Positions 18,243 through 28,044 of a stretch of DNA of 64,000 nt are shown here, piece after piece. This stretch comes from an uncultured Gemmatimonadales bacterium (lineage in GTDB: Bacteria; Gemmatimonadota; Gemmatimonadetes; Longimicrobiales; Longimicrobiaceae). The first letter of the stretch is position 1. Every line of letters starts with the position of its first letter. The notes below the pieces were generated by a model. It ran no database searches. It was not told the DNA's origin and saw only the letters and a list, made by a program, of their open reading frames with translations. The position numbers and the translations under genes were made by a program. Where the stretch lies: positions 736,001 through 800,000 of the forward strand of contig OY970303.1 of the NCBI GenBank assembly GCA_963716255.1. The letters run 5' to 3'.

Positions 18243-18358
18243 CCGGCGGACCGCGGGTGTCGTGGCGAGTTCTGCGAGCTTGGCGTGCGGGTCCTGTACC
18301 CGGAAGGGGGGGCGTGGTTCGGGGGGTTTTTACGGCAACGGCTTTGGAGTGCGGGTTC

Positions 18359-18506
18359 GGGCGTGCCCCCGCTGGCGCGGGGTCGGGCTTCGGCTCCGTA
18401 GGCGAGCAAACAACGCTCGCCAACGGAGTCGAGCCCCGGCAAACTGCCGCCGGGTCTCGCCCCTTCGGGCCGAAATCCCTCACGCGGGGCTCGCGCTGGC
18501 GTCCGC
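18359..18506 (+). repeat. Family-1 structured element, copy C
   Basis: Consensus match; the first hairpin has one base pair deleted from both strands. Confidence 0.95.
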
Positions 18507-18689
18507 TGGGGCCCCCTCTCCCGGCCCCCTCCCCCGCAAGCGGGAGAGGGGGGGAACGGCCTCGACACGGCCGTTGCCGTTGCGTTCTGCGCCGGGAGGT
18601 CGGGGGCGGCTGCGCAGGACCACAAAAAACCAGCCCCCGCGGGAATCTCCCGGCGAGGGCACGGCTCCGACCGGCGCGCGACAAAAGGA

Positions 18690-21065
18690 TCAGCCCGAAG
18701 TCACGATCGCCTGCGACGCGCCGCGGTCCGGCAGCACCAGGCGGAAGGTGCTCCCCTCCCCCACGACGGATTCCACCTCCACCCGGCCGCCCAGCAGCTC
18801 CGCCAGCCGCCGCGCGATGGTCAGGCCCAGGCCGGTGCCGGGCTGCGAGCCGTCGCCCAGGCGCACGAACTCCTCGAAGATGCGCTCCCGCTCCTCCGCG
18901 GGGATCCCGGGGCCGTGGTCCGCGACCTCGAAGGCCACGCCGCCCCCGGAGGCCGGGAGGCAGGCCGCCCGCACGGGCCGGCCGCGGCCGTACTTGAGGG
19001 CGTTGGAAAGCAGGTTGAGCAGGATCTGGCGGACGCGGCGGGGGTCGGTGGCCAGCACGGGGGGGGCGGCCGCCGCGTCCAGCGACAGCTCGCACCCGTG
19101 CTCCGCCGCCAGGGGGCGCACGGCGGTTATCGCCTCGCGCAGCAGCTCCGCGGCGGCGACCTCCTCCGTGCGTGCCTCCATCTTTCCCGCCTCCAGGCGC
19201 GACAGGTCCAGCACCTCGTTGACCAGCTCCAGCAGCCCCCCGGCGGACCCCTGCGAGCGCTGCACGCCCTCCGTCTGCGACTCCGTGAGCGGCCCGTACG
19301 CCCCTGTGAGGAGCAGGTCGTTGTACAGCATCACCGCGCTGATGGGAGTGCGCAGCTCGTGGCTGACCATGGCGTAGAAGCGGTTCCGCGCCGCGACCGC
19401 GGCGGCGCGCTCCTCCTCGGCGCGGCGGCGGGCGGTGACGTCGGTGAGGATGGAGTACAGCAGCGGGCGCCCGCGCAGCTCCACCGGCGCCGTGTGCACC
19501 TCCATGTAGCGGATCTCGCCCGAGGCCAGCCGGTGCGGGAAGACCAGCGTCCCCTGCCCGCCCTGGAGGGCGTGCTCCATCGCCTCCTGCACCTCCTCCG
19601 GGGGGAGTGCGTTGAGGTCCGTCACCCGCATGGCGCGCAGGCGCTCCGCCGGGTAGCCGTAGAACGCCGCGGCGGCCGGGTTGGCGTCCACCACGGCGCC
19701 GGTGGCCGGGTCGATGAGCAGCTTGATCGCCCGGTTCCCCTCGAACATCTGGCGGTAGCGCGCCTCGCTCTCCCGCAGCGCCTCCTCCACCCGCTTGCGG
19801 TCCGTCACGTCCTCCGCGATCCCGGCGTCGCGGTACACGTGCCCCGCCTCGTCGCGGATGGGGATGGCGCGCTCGCGGATCCAGCGGACCTCGCCGTCCG
19901 GACGGACGATGCGGTACTCGACCTCGTACTCGCGCCCCGCGCCGTCCCCCAGCGCGGTCCACACGCTCTCCAGGTCCTCGGGGTGCACGGACTGCATCCA
20001 GGAGCCGGGCACCCGGTACAGCTCCTCGAGCGGACGTCCCCAGACCTGCTCGTAGGCGGGGCTCACGTACAGCACCTCGCTCCGGTCCGCGGTGTTCAGG
20101 TAGAACACGTCGCGCAGGTTCTCGGCGAGCTGGCGGAAGCGCTCCTCGCTGGCCCGCAGCTCCCGCAGCGCGCGGCGGTGCTCGGTGACGTCGCGGTACA
20201 CCAGGTAGATGGCCACCGGGCTCCCGTCCAGGCGCACCGGCTTCCCCAGCACCGACACGTCGATGCGCGAGCCGTCCTTGCGGCGGCGCGTGGTGTCCAG
20301 GCTCACCGGCCGCCCCGCCGTCACCGACCGGGTGACGCGCTCCGCCTCGTCCAGCCGGTCGGGCGGGACGATCAGCTCGTTGATGGGACGCCCGACGATC
20401 TCCTCCGCGCGGTACCCGAAGGTGCGCAGGAACTCGCAGTTGCCGCGGACCACCCGCTCCTCCACGTCCAGCAGGACGATGGCCTCCGGCGAGCTCTCGA
20501 ACAGCTCCTCCAGGTGGGCGCGCTGCAGCCGCAGTTCGCGCTCCGTCTGGCGCATCCCCGCCGCGCGGCAGCGCCACTCCACCTCCGCCGCCGCGGCCGC
20601 CGCCAGCTCCGCGAGGGTGCGGACGTCCTCCAGCTCCCAGGCGCGCGGGTGGGCGTCCATGACGCACAGCGCCCCGAAGGGCGGCCCCCCGGCCGCGGCG
20701 AGCGGCACCCCGGCGAAGGCCGTCATCCCCAGCTCGCGCACGGCGGCGGTCTCCGGGAAGAACGGGTGCTCGCGCACGTCGCGAAGCAGCACCGGGCGCG
20801 CGGCGGCCGCCACCTGGCTGCACAGCGTCCCCGCCTCGGGGTGCGAGCGGGGGGCCAGGTGCCCCTCCGGGAACCCCACGGCGCTCTTGAACACCAGCCG
20901 CCCGCCCTCCACCAGCGACAGCGTGGCGACGGGGACGCGAAGGATGCGCGCGGCGAGCCGGGTGAAGCGGTCGAAGGCTTCCTCGGGGGGGGAGTCGAGG
21001 AGACCGGTCCCGTCCAGCGGACCGGGCCGCACGGCGCCCTGCGGGAGGAGGAGGTCGCGGAGCAT
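18690..21065 (-). CDS. GAF-PAS-PAS-PAS sensor histidine kinase
   Basis: GAF (PPEEAFDRFTRLAA, GALCVMD), three PAS/PAC repeats, SHELRTP H-box, NLLSNALKY and GTGLGL; start placed at MLRDLLL and uncertain. Confidence 0.9.
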   Translation of the reverse strand: MLRDLLLPQGAVRPGPLDGTGLLDSPPEEAFDRFTRLAARILRVPVATLSLVEGGRLVFKSAVGFPEGHLAPRSHPEAGTLCSQVAAAARPVLLRDVREHPFFPETAAVRELGMTAFAGVPLAAAGGPPFGALCVMDAHPRAWELEDVRTLAELAAAAAAEVEWRCRAAGMRQTERELRLQRAHLEELFESSPEAIVLLDVEERVVRGNCEFLRTFGYRAEEIVGRPINELIVPPDRLDEAERVTRSVTAGRPVSLDTTRRRKDGSRIDVSVLGKPVRLDGSPVAIYLVYRDVTEHRRALRELRASEERFRQLAENLRDVFYLNTADRSEVLYVSPAYEQVWGRPLEELYRVPGSWMQSVHPEDLESVWTALGDGAGREYEVEYRIVRPDGEVRWIRERAIPIRDEAGHVYRDAGIAEDVTDRKRVEEALRESEARYRQMFEGNRAIKLLIDPATGAVVDANPAAAAFYGYPAERLRAMRVTDLNALPPEEVQEAMEHALQGGQGTLVFPHRLASGEIRYMEVHTAPVELRGRPLLYSILTDVTARRRAEEERAAAVAARNRFYAMVSHELRTPISAVMLYNDLLLTGAYGPLTESQTEGVQRSQGSAGGLLELVNEVLDLSRLEAGKMEARTEEVAAAELLREAITAVRPLAAEHGCELSLDAAAAPPVLATDPRRVRQILLNLLSNALKYGRGRPVRAACLPASGGGVAFEVADHGPGIPAEERERIFEEFVRLGDGSQPGTGLGLTIARRLAELLGGRVEVESVVGEGSTFRLVLPDRGASQAIVTSG

Positions 21066-21231
21066 GCGCTTGCGAGGCGGCGGAGTGCCGGGGAGGTGAG
21101 GGGCTCCGGCGGCTCGGAGGGAGGGCCGACGGCGGCGGGAGGGCTCGGGGGGGAAAGCCCGTAAATCTCCCAAGAACATGCGCCGCAAGCGCGTGTCCCG
21201 CAAGAGACGGGAGCGCGACATGCCCCTCGCC

Positions 21232-21259
21232 TTGACACGCCCCGGCGCGCGGCTAGTGT
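21232..21259 (+). promoter_or_regulatory. Sigma70-like promoter of the mntR-like gene
   Basis: TTGACA-N16-TAGTGT, 35 bp upstream of ATG 21295. Confidence 0.55.
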
Positions 21260-21294
21260 TGTAGCCGTTCCCATGCACCCGGACCCCGGCGCCG

Positions 21295-21984
21295 ATGCTC
21301 TCTCCGGTCGTAGAAGACTACCTCAAGTCGATCTGGGCGCTCCAGCAGGCGGAGACCCCGGTGGCCACCTCGCGCATCGCCGACCGGCTGGGGCTTTCCG
21401 CCGCCGCGGTGACGGCCATGGTCAAGCGCCTGGCCGAGCAGAACCTGCTGCGCCACGAGCCCTACTACGGCGTGCGGCTGACCGCCGTGGGGGAGCTTGC
21501 GGCGCTGCGCATCGTGCGGCGGCACCGGGTGCTGGAGCTGTTCCTGGTGGAGGTGCTCGGCTACGAGTGGGACCGGGTGCACGACGAGGCGGAGCGGCTG
21601 GAGCACGCCGCCAGCGACGAGCTGATCGAGCGCCTGGCGCGCCTCCTGGGCGAGCCGGAGCGCGACCCGCACGGCGCGGCCATCCCCTCCGCCGAGGGGG
21701 AGATGGACAACGCGCGCTACCCTGCCCTTTCCGACATGCAGCCGGGGGAAAGCAACCGGGTGCTGGAGGTGGAGGTGGAGGAGCCCGAGCAGCTGCGCTA
21801 CCTGGGCTCCATGGACCTGTATCCCGGCGCCGAGGTGGAGGTGTGCAGCAAGCAGCCCTTCGAGGGCCCCATCTCCCTCACGGTGAACGGCGCGCCGCAG
21901 GTGATCGCGCACTCACTGGCGCGCCGCATCCGCGTGCGCTCCGACGCGGACGGCCCCGGGCGGCGCGAGGGCGCCGCGGGCTGA
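21295..21984 (+). CDS. DtxR/MntR-family metal-dependent transcriptional regulator with FeoA domain
   Basis: EDYLKSI, RRHRVLELFL, HDEAERLEH and RDPHG. Confidence 0.95.
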   Translation: MLSPVVEDYLKSIWALQQAETPVATSRIADRLGLSAAAVTAMVKRLAEQNLLRHEPYYGVRLTAVGELAALRIVRRHRVLELFLVEVLGYEWDRVHDEAERLEHAASDELIERLARLLGEPERDPHGAAIPSAEGEMDNARYPALSDMQPGESNRVLEVEVEEPEQLRYLGSMDLYPGAEVEVCSKQPFEGPISLTVNGAPQVIAHSLARRIRVRSDADGPGRREGAAG

Positions 21985-22054
21985 CCCGCCGCCGCGCGAG
22001 GGAGCTGGCAGGCGACTTGCTGCCACGTGGGCGGACCCTTCAACCGGAACGGAC

Positions 22055-22363
22055 ATGAACCTGCTCAGGCTCCTCCTCGGCGGCGCGGCGGTCGCCACCA
22101 TCCTGGTCGCCTTCCGCGACTTCGAGAACGACAGCTGGCTCCCCCCCGGCGGCGCGGGCGGCGGCCGCGACGCGGCGCTCCCCGCGGGCTTCGAGGACGA
22201 GGAGCCGGTCCTGGGCTACGACGGCATGGACCGCGACACGCTGATCCAGTGGATCCGCGACGCCCGCCTGGACGAGGACACGCTGATCCGCATCCACGAG
22301 TACGAAGCCGCCAACCAGGGCCGCGAGCGGGTGCTCCAGGCCGTGTCGGAGCTGCTGGGATGA
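22055..22363 (+). CDS. Hypothetical protein with N-terminal membrane anchor
   Basis: Hydrophobic N-terminus; C-terminal YEAANQGRERVL; host-like codon bias. Confidence 0.7.
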   Translation: MNLLRLLLGGAAVATILVAFRDFENDSWLPPGGAGGGRDAALPAGFEDEEPVLGYDGMDRDTLIQWIRDARLDEDTLIRIHEYEAANQGRERVLQAVSELLG

Positions 22364-22400
22364 CGGCAGGGATCTAGGGAACAGGGAACAGCCTGCAAAA

Positions 22401-22445
22401 GCAAAGGCGCCCCCGCCGGGAGATCCCGGGGGAGGCGCCTTTTGC
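22401..22445. terminator. Probable bidirectional rho-independent terminator
   Basis: GCAAAGGCGCC...GGCGCCTTTTGC hairpin between convergent genes. Confidence 0.65.
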
Positions 22446-22522
22446 AGTTCCGCAGTACCCACATCCGTCGGTTCGGAGGGAGACAGCCGGGCCGTTTCGG
22501 CTGGCTCACTCCGGCGCGGCCC
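22442..22522 (-). repeat. Family-2 element, single-module copy
   Basis: Minus strand GAGCC-AGCCG-AAACGGCC-CGGCT-GTCTCCCTCCG plus the GGGTACTGCGGAACTGCAA tail shared with other family-2 copies. Confidence 0.8.
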
Positions 22523-22549
22523 GCCCAGCCTACACGGACGAAATCAGGA

Positions 22550-22990
22550 TCAGCCCAGCTCCTCGCGCACGATACGGTTCAGCTCCTTGCCGTCGAACTG
22601 CCCCTTCACCCGCGGCATGACGGCCTTCATCACCCCGCCCAGGTCCTTTGCTCCGCCGGAGATGGCCTCGCGCACGAAGCCGCGGACCGCGTCCTCGTCC
22701 AGCTGCGGCGGCAGGTAGACGGCCAGGATCTTCGCCTCCTCGTCCTCCTTGGCGGCCAGCTCCTCGCGCCCTCCGCCGCGCATCTGCTCGGCGGCCTCGC
22801 GGCGGCGCTTGATGCCGGTGCCCACCACGGGAAGAACCTCCTCGTCGGTCAGCTCGTGCCCCACTTCGATCTCGCGGTTGCGGAGGTCGGACAGCAGGGT
22901 CGTGAGCACGGTGGTGCGCAGCTTGTCGCGCTCGCGGCGGGCGGTGTTCAGGTCGCCGCGGATCTGCTCCTTGAGGGCGGAACCGGCCAT
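22550..22990 (-). CDS. GatB/YqeY domain protein
   Basis: LKEQIRGDL, KRRREAAEQM, YLPPQL and DLGGVMKAVMP. Confidence 0.93.
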   Translation of the reverse strand: MAGSALKEQIRGDLNTARRERDKLRTTVLTTLLSDLRNREIEVGHELTDEEVLPVVGTGIKRRREAAEQMRGGGREELAAKEDEEAKILAVYLPPQLDEDAVRGFVREAISGGAKDLGGVMKAVMPRVKGQFDGKELNRIVREELG

Positions 22991-23162
22991 GGGGTCTCGG
23001 GATGGAAGATGGCGTGGACGGACGGGCGGCCCCGGGCCGCGCGCAGGGGCGAATCTAGCCGCTCGCGCCCCGCGGCTCAACCGGACGGGCCCGAACGCGG
23101 CGGCGGCGCGGCGGGAGGACCCCGCCGCGCCGCCGCGGAGCGCCGCGCGTGGCGCGGCGAGG

Positions 23163-24191
23163 TCAGGCGTTCTCGCCGCCCTCGCCTCCGGCGCGCGGGC
23201 TCTCGCCGTGCGGCTTCACCGGCAGGTCGGCGGCCTCCAGGCGCAGCTCGGTGCCCGGCTTGGGGCCCTCGCCCACGCGCGACTGCGTGTTCAGGCCGGA
23301 CCCGGTCGGCGCGCGGGAGGCCGCGTGGGCGTGCGGCCCGGTCGGGTCCTGGTTGTCCAGCTCGTCCTCGCGGAACCTGGACGGCTTGCCGGCCTGCGCC
23401 TCGGAGCGCTCGGCGCCCAGCGGGCGCGAGTGCCCCGTCTCCAGCTCGAACTCGCCGCGGTCGGTGTGCTCCAGGGACACCTCCTGGATGTGTCGTGAGT
23501 CGTCGGAGCGGTCGGGGTCGGTCTGCCGCCCCTGGCGGCGGCGGCCCATCCCGCTGTTCAGCCCGGTCCACTCGGTCTCCCGGCGGGCGGCGTCCTCGTC
23601 GCGCAGGGGGATGCGGCCGCGCCGGTGCCCGTCGTCCTCCACGTCCAGGCGGTTGACCACCGTGTCCACCCCGGCCACGCGCTGCGCCAGCCGCACGGCG
23701 CGGTCGGCCTCGTCCTCGGTGTAGACGGAGCCGGACAGCTCGATGATGCCGCGGCTGATGGCGCCCACGTCGATTCCCCGCTCCCCCAGCACCTCGTCCG
23801 CCAGGAAGGCGTCGAGCACCGCGTCCTCCAGCCCCGTAAGCTCGTCTTGGTCGCGGGTCGCCCGGCGCATTCGCCCCGGCCGGAACGCCGCCGCCACGCC
23901 GGCCGCGCGCGCGCGGATCGTCTCGGCGCGGGTGCGGAACTCGCCGGCCCGGCCCCGGAGGCCTTCCGCGCGGCCGCGGAGCTCGTCCGCCCGGCCGCGA
24001 AGCTGCTCCTCGGCGCGGCCGCGCAGCTCGCCTACCTTCTGCCCCGCCCGTTCCCGCGCGCGGCTGGCGGCGGGCTTCAACCGCCCCGAGAGGAGCAGCC
24101 CCAGCGCGAACCCTCCCGCGGCGCCCAGCACGAACGTCAGCGCGTCCTGCCTGAGGTCGCCTTCGTCTTGGCGCTCACGAATCTCCCACAT
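23163..24191 (-). CDS. BON-domain protein with N-terminal TM segment and heptad repeats
   Basis: FVLGAAGGFALGLLL TM segment; (E)LRGRA repeats; BON motif IELSGSV...VAGVDTVVNRL. Confidence 0.82.
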   Translation of the reverse strand: MWEIRERQDEGDLRQDALTFVLGAAGGFALGLLLSGRLKPAASRARERAGQKVGELRGRAEEQLRGRADELRGRAEGLRGRAGEFRTRAETIRARAAGVAAAFRPGRMRRATRDQDELTGLEDAVLDAFLADEVLGERGIDVGAISRGIIELSGSVYTEDEADRAVRLAQRVAGVDTVVNRLDVEDDGHRRGRIPLRDEDAARRETEWTGLNSGMGRRRQGRQTDPDRSDDSRHIQEVSLEHTDRGEFELETGHSRPLGAERSEAQAGKPSRFREDELDNQDPTGPHAHAASRAPTGSGLNTQSRVGEGPKPGTELRLEAADLPVKPHGESPRAGGEGGENA

Positions 24192-24340
24192 AACCCCCCC
24201 TGAACCAGGATGTTCGATCGGTCGTCAACCGCACGACAGGCCCGGCCGGGGGGTGCAATTCGCGTTCCAGGCAGGGCCCGAAAACGAGCGCCCGCACCGG
24301 GCTTTCCGGTGCGGGCGCGGGGGACGGATGGGACGCGCGG

Positions 24341-25291
24341 TCAGCTCTCGCCGCGGATCAGCCGGCGCTCGGCGTCCTTTCGCTCGCGGGTGGCGCGCAC
24401 CCGCGCCTGGAAGGAGTTGCTCCGCTCGCGGTCGGCCACCTGGCGGTCGATCTCGGCGCGCTGGCCGGACTCGCGCCGCGCCTCGGCGGACGCGTCCGGG
24501 CTGGACGCGAAGCCGAACGGGGCCGGGAGGGTGATCCTGCCCAGGTGGATCTTGCCGGGGGAGGCGCCCCAGCGGTTGCCGTCCTTGTCCTTGAGCGTCC
24601 AGTCCAGCGCGTTGCGCGCCCGCGCCTGCTCGGCGGCCATGCTGTCGTTGTACTCTCCCAGCCTGGCCCCCAGCCGGCCCATGTACTCCTCGTGCGGGGT
24701 CTGCTCGGGCCGGGCGGGGACCGGCCGCTGGGTGGGGAAGAGCCGCGGGTCGCGGATCCCCGGGCGCAGCGGGCTCCCGCCGGTCCCGGTGCCGCCCGTC
24801 TGTCCCGCCCCCCCCGTCCCCGTGCCCTGCGACGCGGGGGCGCCCCCCGCCTGCGGCAGACCCGTGGGCGCCCCGGACGGGAAGACCAGCTCCTCGCCCG
24901 GCGCACCCGTCCGCTCGGTGCGCTCCGGCTGCGCCCCCACCGGGGGCGGCGCCGGGGGCTCCTGCGGGAACGGCACCGCCTCCGCGGGACCGCCCGCCGC
25001 CACCTGCGGCCCGGCGTCGGCCTGGGGGAACGCCAGGTCGAAGTACTCCACCGTCTCCTCCGGCGCCTCGCCGCGGTCCAGCAGCTTGGGCCCGATGCGC
25101 ACGAACGCCACCGCCAGCGCCACCAGCGCCAGGTGCACCGCCACGGAGCCCGCCAGCGACGCGGCAGACGGGCGCCCGGACGGGTCGCGGCGGCCGAAGC
25201 GGCGCAGCGGCGCGTGCACGCGGAGGACGGGGGTCGGCTGCTCGGGCGGGGCCTCCGGGGGAGGCGGCGGAGCGATGGCGGGAGGCGTCAT
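24341..25291 (-). CDS. Hypothetical membrane-anchored Pro/Gly-rich protein with a TonB-like N-terminus
   Basis: SVAVHLAL TM helix (SxxxH motif), low-complexity linker, folded-looking C-terminus. Confidence 0.65.
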   Translation of the reverse strand: MTPPAIAPPPPPEAPPEQPTPVLRVHAPLRRFGRRDPSGRPSAASLAGSVAVHLALVALAVAFVRIGPKLLDRGEAPEETVEYFDLAFPQADAGPQVAAGGPAEAVPFPQEPPAPPPVGAQPERTERTGAPGEELVFPSGAPTGLPQAGGAPASQGTGTGGAGQTGGTGTGGSPLRPGIRDPRLFPTQRPVPARPEQTPHEEYMGRLGARLGEYNDSMAAEQARARNALDWTLKDKDGNRWGASPGKIHLGRITLPAPFGFASSPDASAEARRESGQRAEIDRQVADRERSNSFQARVRATRERKDAERRLIRGES

Positions 25292-25423
25292 ACGGACCTT
25301 CTACTCCCTTCCCGCTACGTCGGTTCCGTCCCGTCGGCGAACGGGGCCCGCTCCCTCCGGGGAGCGGGCCCCGCCCCGCGTCCTGCCCTTCCACTCCCGC
25401 ACTCCCGGCGAAGCCGGGCCGCC

Positions 25424-26584
25424 CTACAGCACCGCCCCGATCCGCCGCGCCGCCTCGCGCAGCCGGTCCTCGCCCGTGGTGAGCGCGATGCGGAAGAACC
25501 CCTCGCCCCCCGCGCCCAGCGACGCGCCCGGCGTCACCGCAACGCCCTGCTCCAGCAGGAGCCGCCGCGCCCAGGCCTCCGATCCGGTCCCCTCCGGGAG
25601 CGGCACCCACAGGTACATGGTCGCCCGCGGCGCCTCCACCCGCAGCCCCGCCGCGCGCAGCCCCTCCACCGCCGCGTCCCGCCGCCGGCGAAAAATCTCC
25701 AGGTTGCCGGGGAGCCACTGCCCGTGCGAGCGGAGCGCCGCCGCCGCCGCGTGCTGCACGAACAGCGGGAGCCCCGTGTCCGCGAAGGTCTTCACGCGCT
25801 GCAGGGCGGCCACCAGCTCCGGGCGTCCCGCCGCCCACCCCACGCGCCACCCGGTCATGTTGTACGTCTTGGAGAGCGAGTGGAACTCGATGGCCACGTC
25901 GCGCGCGCCGGGGATCTCCAGGATGGAGGGCGGCACGTAGCCGTCGAAGGCCACCTCCGAGTACGCGTTGTCGTACGCCAGCACCACGTCGTGCTCGCGG
26001 CAGAACGCCACCGCGTCCGCCAGGTACTCGCGCGGCGCGATCGCGGCGGTGGGGTTGTTGGGGTAGTTGAGGTACAGGATGCGGGCCCGCCGCGCCACCT
26101 CCGCGGGGATGTCCTCCAGCGGCACCAGGAAGCGGTTTTCCGGCCGCAGCGGCACCACGTACGGCTCCCCGCCCGCCAGCACGGTCCCGCCCAGGTACGC
26201 CTGGTAGCCGGGGTCGGGGACGATGGTCACGTCGCCCGGGTCCAGGAAGGCGAAGGGGAGGTGGAAGATCCCCTCCTTGGAGCCCAGCAGGGGCAGCACC
26301 TCGCGGCTGCCGTCCACCATCACGCCGAAGCGCCGGTCCATGAAGCGGACGATCTCCTCGCGGAGGTCGGCCAGCCCGATCTGGAAGCCGTAGCGCGAGT
26401 TGACCGGGTCCAGCGCCGCCGCGCGGAGCGCCTCCACCGCGTCCGGCGGCGGGGCCAGGTCGGCGTCGCCGGCCCCCAGGTCGATCACGTCCACGCCCTT
26501 TGCCTTGAGGTCGCGCTTGATCTGGGGGACGTCCTGGAGCGGGTACGGCGGCAGGGTGTTCAGCCGTTTGCAGGTATCGGGCAT
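25424..26584 (-). CDS. Class I/II aminotransferase, LL-diaminopimelate aminotransferase-like
   Basis: LLGSKEG, LNYPNNPT, DNAYSE and HSLSKTYNMTGWRVG. Confidence 0.9.
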   Translation of the reverse strand: MPDTCKRLNTLPPYPLQDVPQIKRDLKAKGVDVIDLGAGDADLAPPPDAVEALRAAALDPVNSRYGFQIGLADLREEIVRFMDRRFGVMVDGSREVLPLLGSKEGIFHLPFAFLDPGDVTIVPDPGYQAYLGGTVLAGGEPYVVPLRPENRFLVPLEDIPAEVARRARILYLNYPNNPTAAIAPREYLADAVAFCREHDVVLAYDNAYSEVAFDGYVPPSILEIPGARDVAIEFHSLSKTYNMTGWRVGWAAGRPELVAALQRVKTFADTGLPLFVQHAAAAALRSHGQWLPGNLEIFRRRRDAAVEGLRAAGLRVEAPRATMYLWVPLPEGTGSEAWARRLLLEQGVAVTPGASLGAGGEGFFRIALTTGEDRLREAARRIGAVL

Positions 26585-26634
26585 GTATGGGGTCTGCGGC
26601 GGGGTTTTCGTTGATGGATTCGGGTCTTGAGCGT

Positions 26635-26768
26635 GGGGCCGCTCCGGAACCAGGCCAAACTGCCGGCCTGTTTCCTACGCGGGTCGCGAAGCCAGCCGAA
26701 ACTGCCCGGCTGTCTCCGCTCCGGCTGCGGGAGCCCCCCGGAAACTGCCCCGGGGGTCTCCCTCCGCA
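26635..26768 (+). repeat. Family-2 element, three hairpin modules
   Basis: GGGGCCGCTCCG followed by three GARCC-stem-AAACTGCC-stem'-GTYTCC modules. Confidence 0.92.
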
Positions 26769-26926
26769 CAAGGGGTGGGGAACGGCGGGGACGGCAAACT
26801 GCACGGCCGTCCACCCCCGCTGTCACCTTTCACGCCGCCGGCGACCCGGGCCACCGGAACGACGAAGCCCTCCCCCGGTGGCGGAGGAGGGCCGTATTTG
26901 CAGGCTGTTCCCTGTTCCCTGCCGTT

Positions 26927-27427
26927 TCAGGCCGGCGTGGGCTCCGGTGGGCCCTGGCGCGGCTCGCCCGCGAGGCCCAGGCGCAGGGCGAGCAGGATCC
27001 CGCCCACGGTGATGGCGACGTCGGCGACGTTGAAGACGAAGGGGAAGAAGCGCACCAGGATGAAGTCCGTGACCGCGCCGTTGAGGAGGCGGTCGCCCAG
27101 GTTGCCCAGGGCCCCGGCGACCACCAGCGCGGCGGCGAAGTGCAGCAGCCGGTCGTGGGTGGTGCGGATCAGGTGCACGCACACCACGATCCCCACGATG
27201 CCGGCGAGGGTGAGCGCCAGCATGCGCAGCCAGCTCTCGCCGCCGCCGGCGAACATGCTGAAGGCCACGCCCGTGTTGCGGCGGTGGGTGAAGACCACCC
27301 AGCCGTCCACCACCGTGTGCCAGCCGTCCACCGGGAGGCGGTTCTGCACCCAGGCCTTGCTGACCCAGTCGGCGGCGGTGACGGCGGCCACCAGGGTGGC
27401 CAGGGCGCGGTTGCGGGTCACGGTCAT
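26927..27427 (-). CDS. lspA: Lipoprotein signal peptidase II
   Basis: DWVSK, NTGVAFS, GALGNLGDR, VTDFI and FNVAD. Confidence 0.95.
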   Translation of the reverse strand: MTVTRNRALATLVAAVTAADWVSKAWVQNRLPVDGWHTVVDGWVVFTHRRNTGVAFSMFAGGGESWLRMLALTLAGIVGIVVCVHLIRTTHDRLLHFAAALVVAGALGNLGDRLLNGAVTDFILVRFFPFVFNVADVAITVGGILLALRLGLAGEPRQGPPEPTPA

Positions 27428-28044
27428 GCGGCCTCCACGGGGTTGCGGACGGTTCCGACGCCCGGCACCTCCACCTCCACCACGTCGCCGGGGTGCAGCC
27501 GCGACACGCCCGCCGGGGTGCCGGTGGCGATCACGTCGCCCGGCTCCAGCGTCATGATCCCCGACACGTACGCCACCAGCGTGGGGATGTCGAAGGCCAT
27601 GTCGCGCGCGTGGCCGTGCTGCCGCACCTCGCCGTTGACACGGCAGATCACCTCCAGCGTCTCCCAGTCCACGCTCTCCGCCGGGACCACCGTGCCCATG
27701 GGGCAGAAGGTGTCGAACCCCTTTGCGCGCGCCCACTGCCCATCCATCTTCTGCAGGTCGCGCGCGGTGACGTCGTTGAGCGCCGCGAAGCCCCCCACGT
27801 AGCGCATGGCCCGCTCCCGGTCCACGTGCCGCGCCCGCGCGCCCATCACCACCGCGATCTCCCCCTCGTGCTCCACGCGCTCCGACTCCGGCGGGAGCAC
27901 GATCGCGTCGCCCTCCTCCACCAGCGCCGAGGGCGGCTTGAAGAACAGCAGCGGCCGCTCGGGCACCTCGTTCCCCAGCTCGCGGGCGTGCTCCAGGTAG
28001 TTGCGGCCGACACAGACGATCTTGGACGGTCGGGGAGTGGGCAT
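27424..28044 (-). CDS. Fumarylacetoacetate hydrolase family protein
   Basis: KIVCVGRNY, EGEIAVV, NDVTARD, KGFDTF and GDVIATGTPAGV. Confidence 0.95.
   Translation of the reverse strand: MPTPRPSKIVCVGRNYLEHARELGNEVPERPLLFFKPPSALVEEGDAIVLPPESERVEHEGEIAVVMGARARHVDRERAMRYVGGFAALNDVTARDLQKMDGQWARAKGFDTFCPMGTVVPAESVDWETLEVICRVNGEVRQHGHARDMAFDIPTLVAYVSGIMTLEPGDVIATGTPAGVSRLHPGDVVEVEVPGVGTVRNPVEAA

Noticed and set aside
26635..26768. Tandem modules as a CRISPR array
   Set aside because: At most three units; the variable parts are self-complementary stems rather than unique spacers, and no cas genes are in the window.
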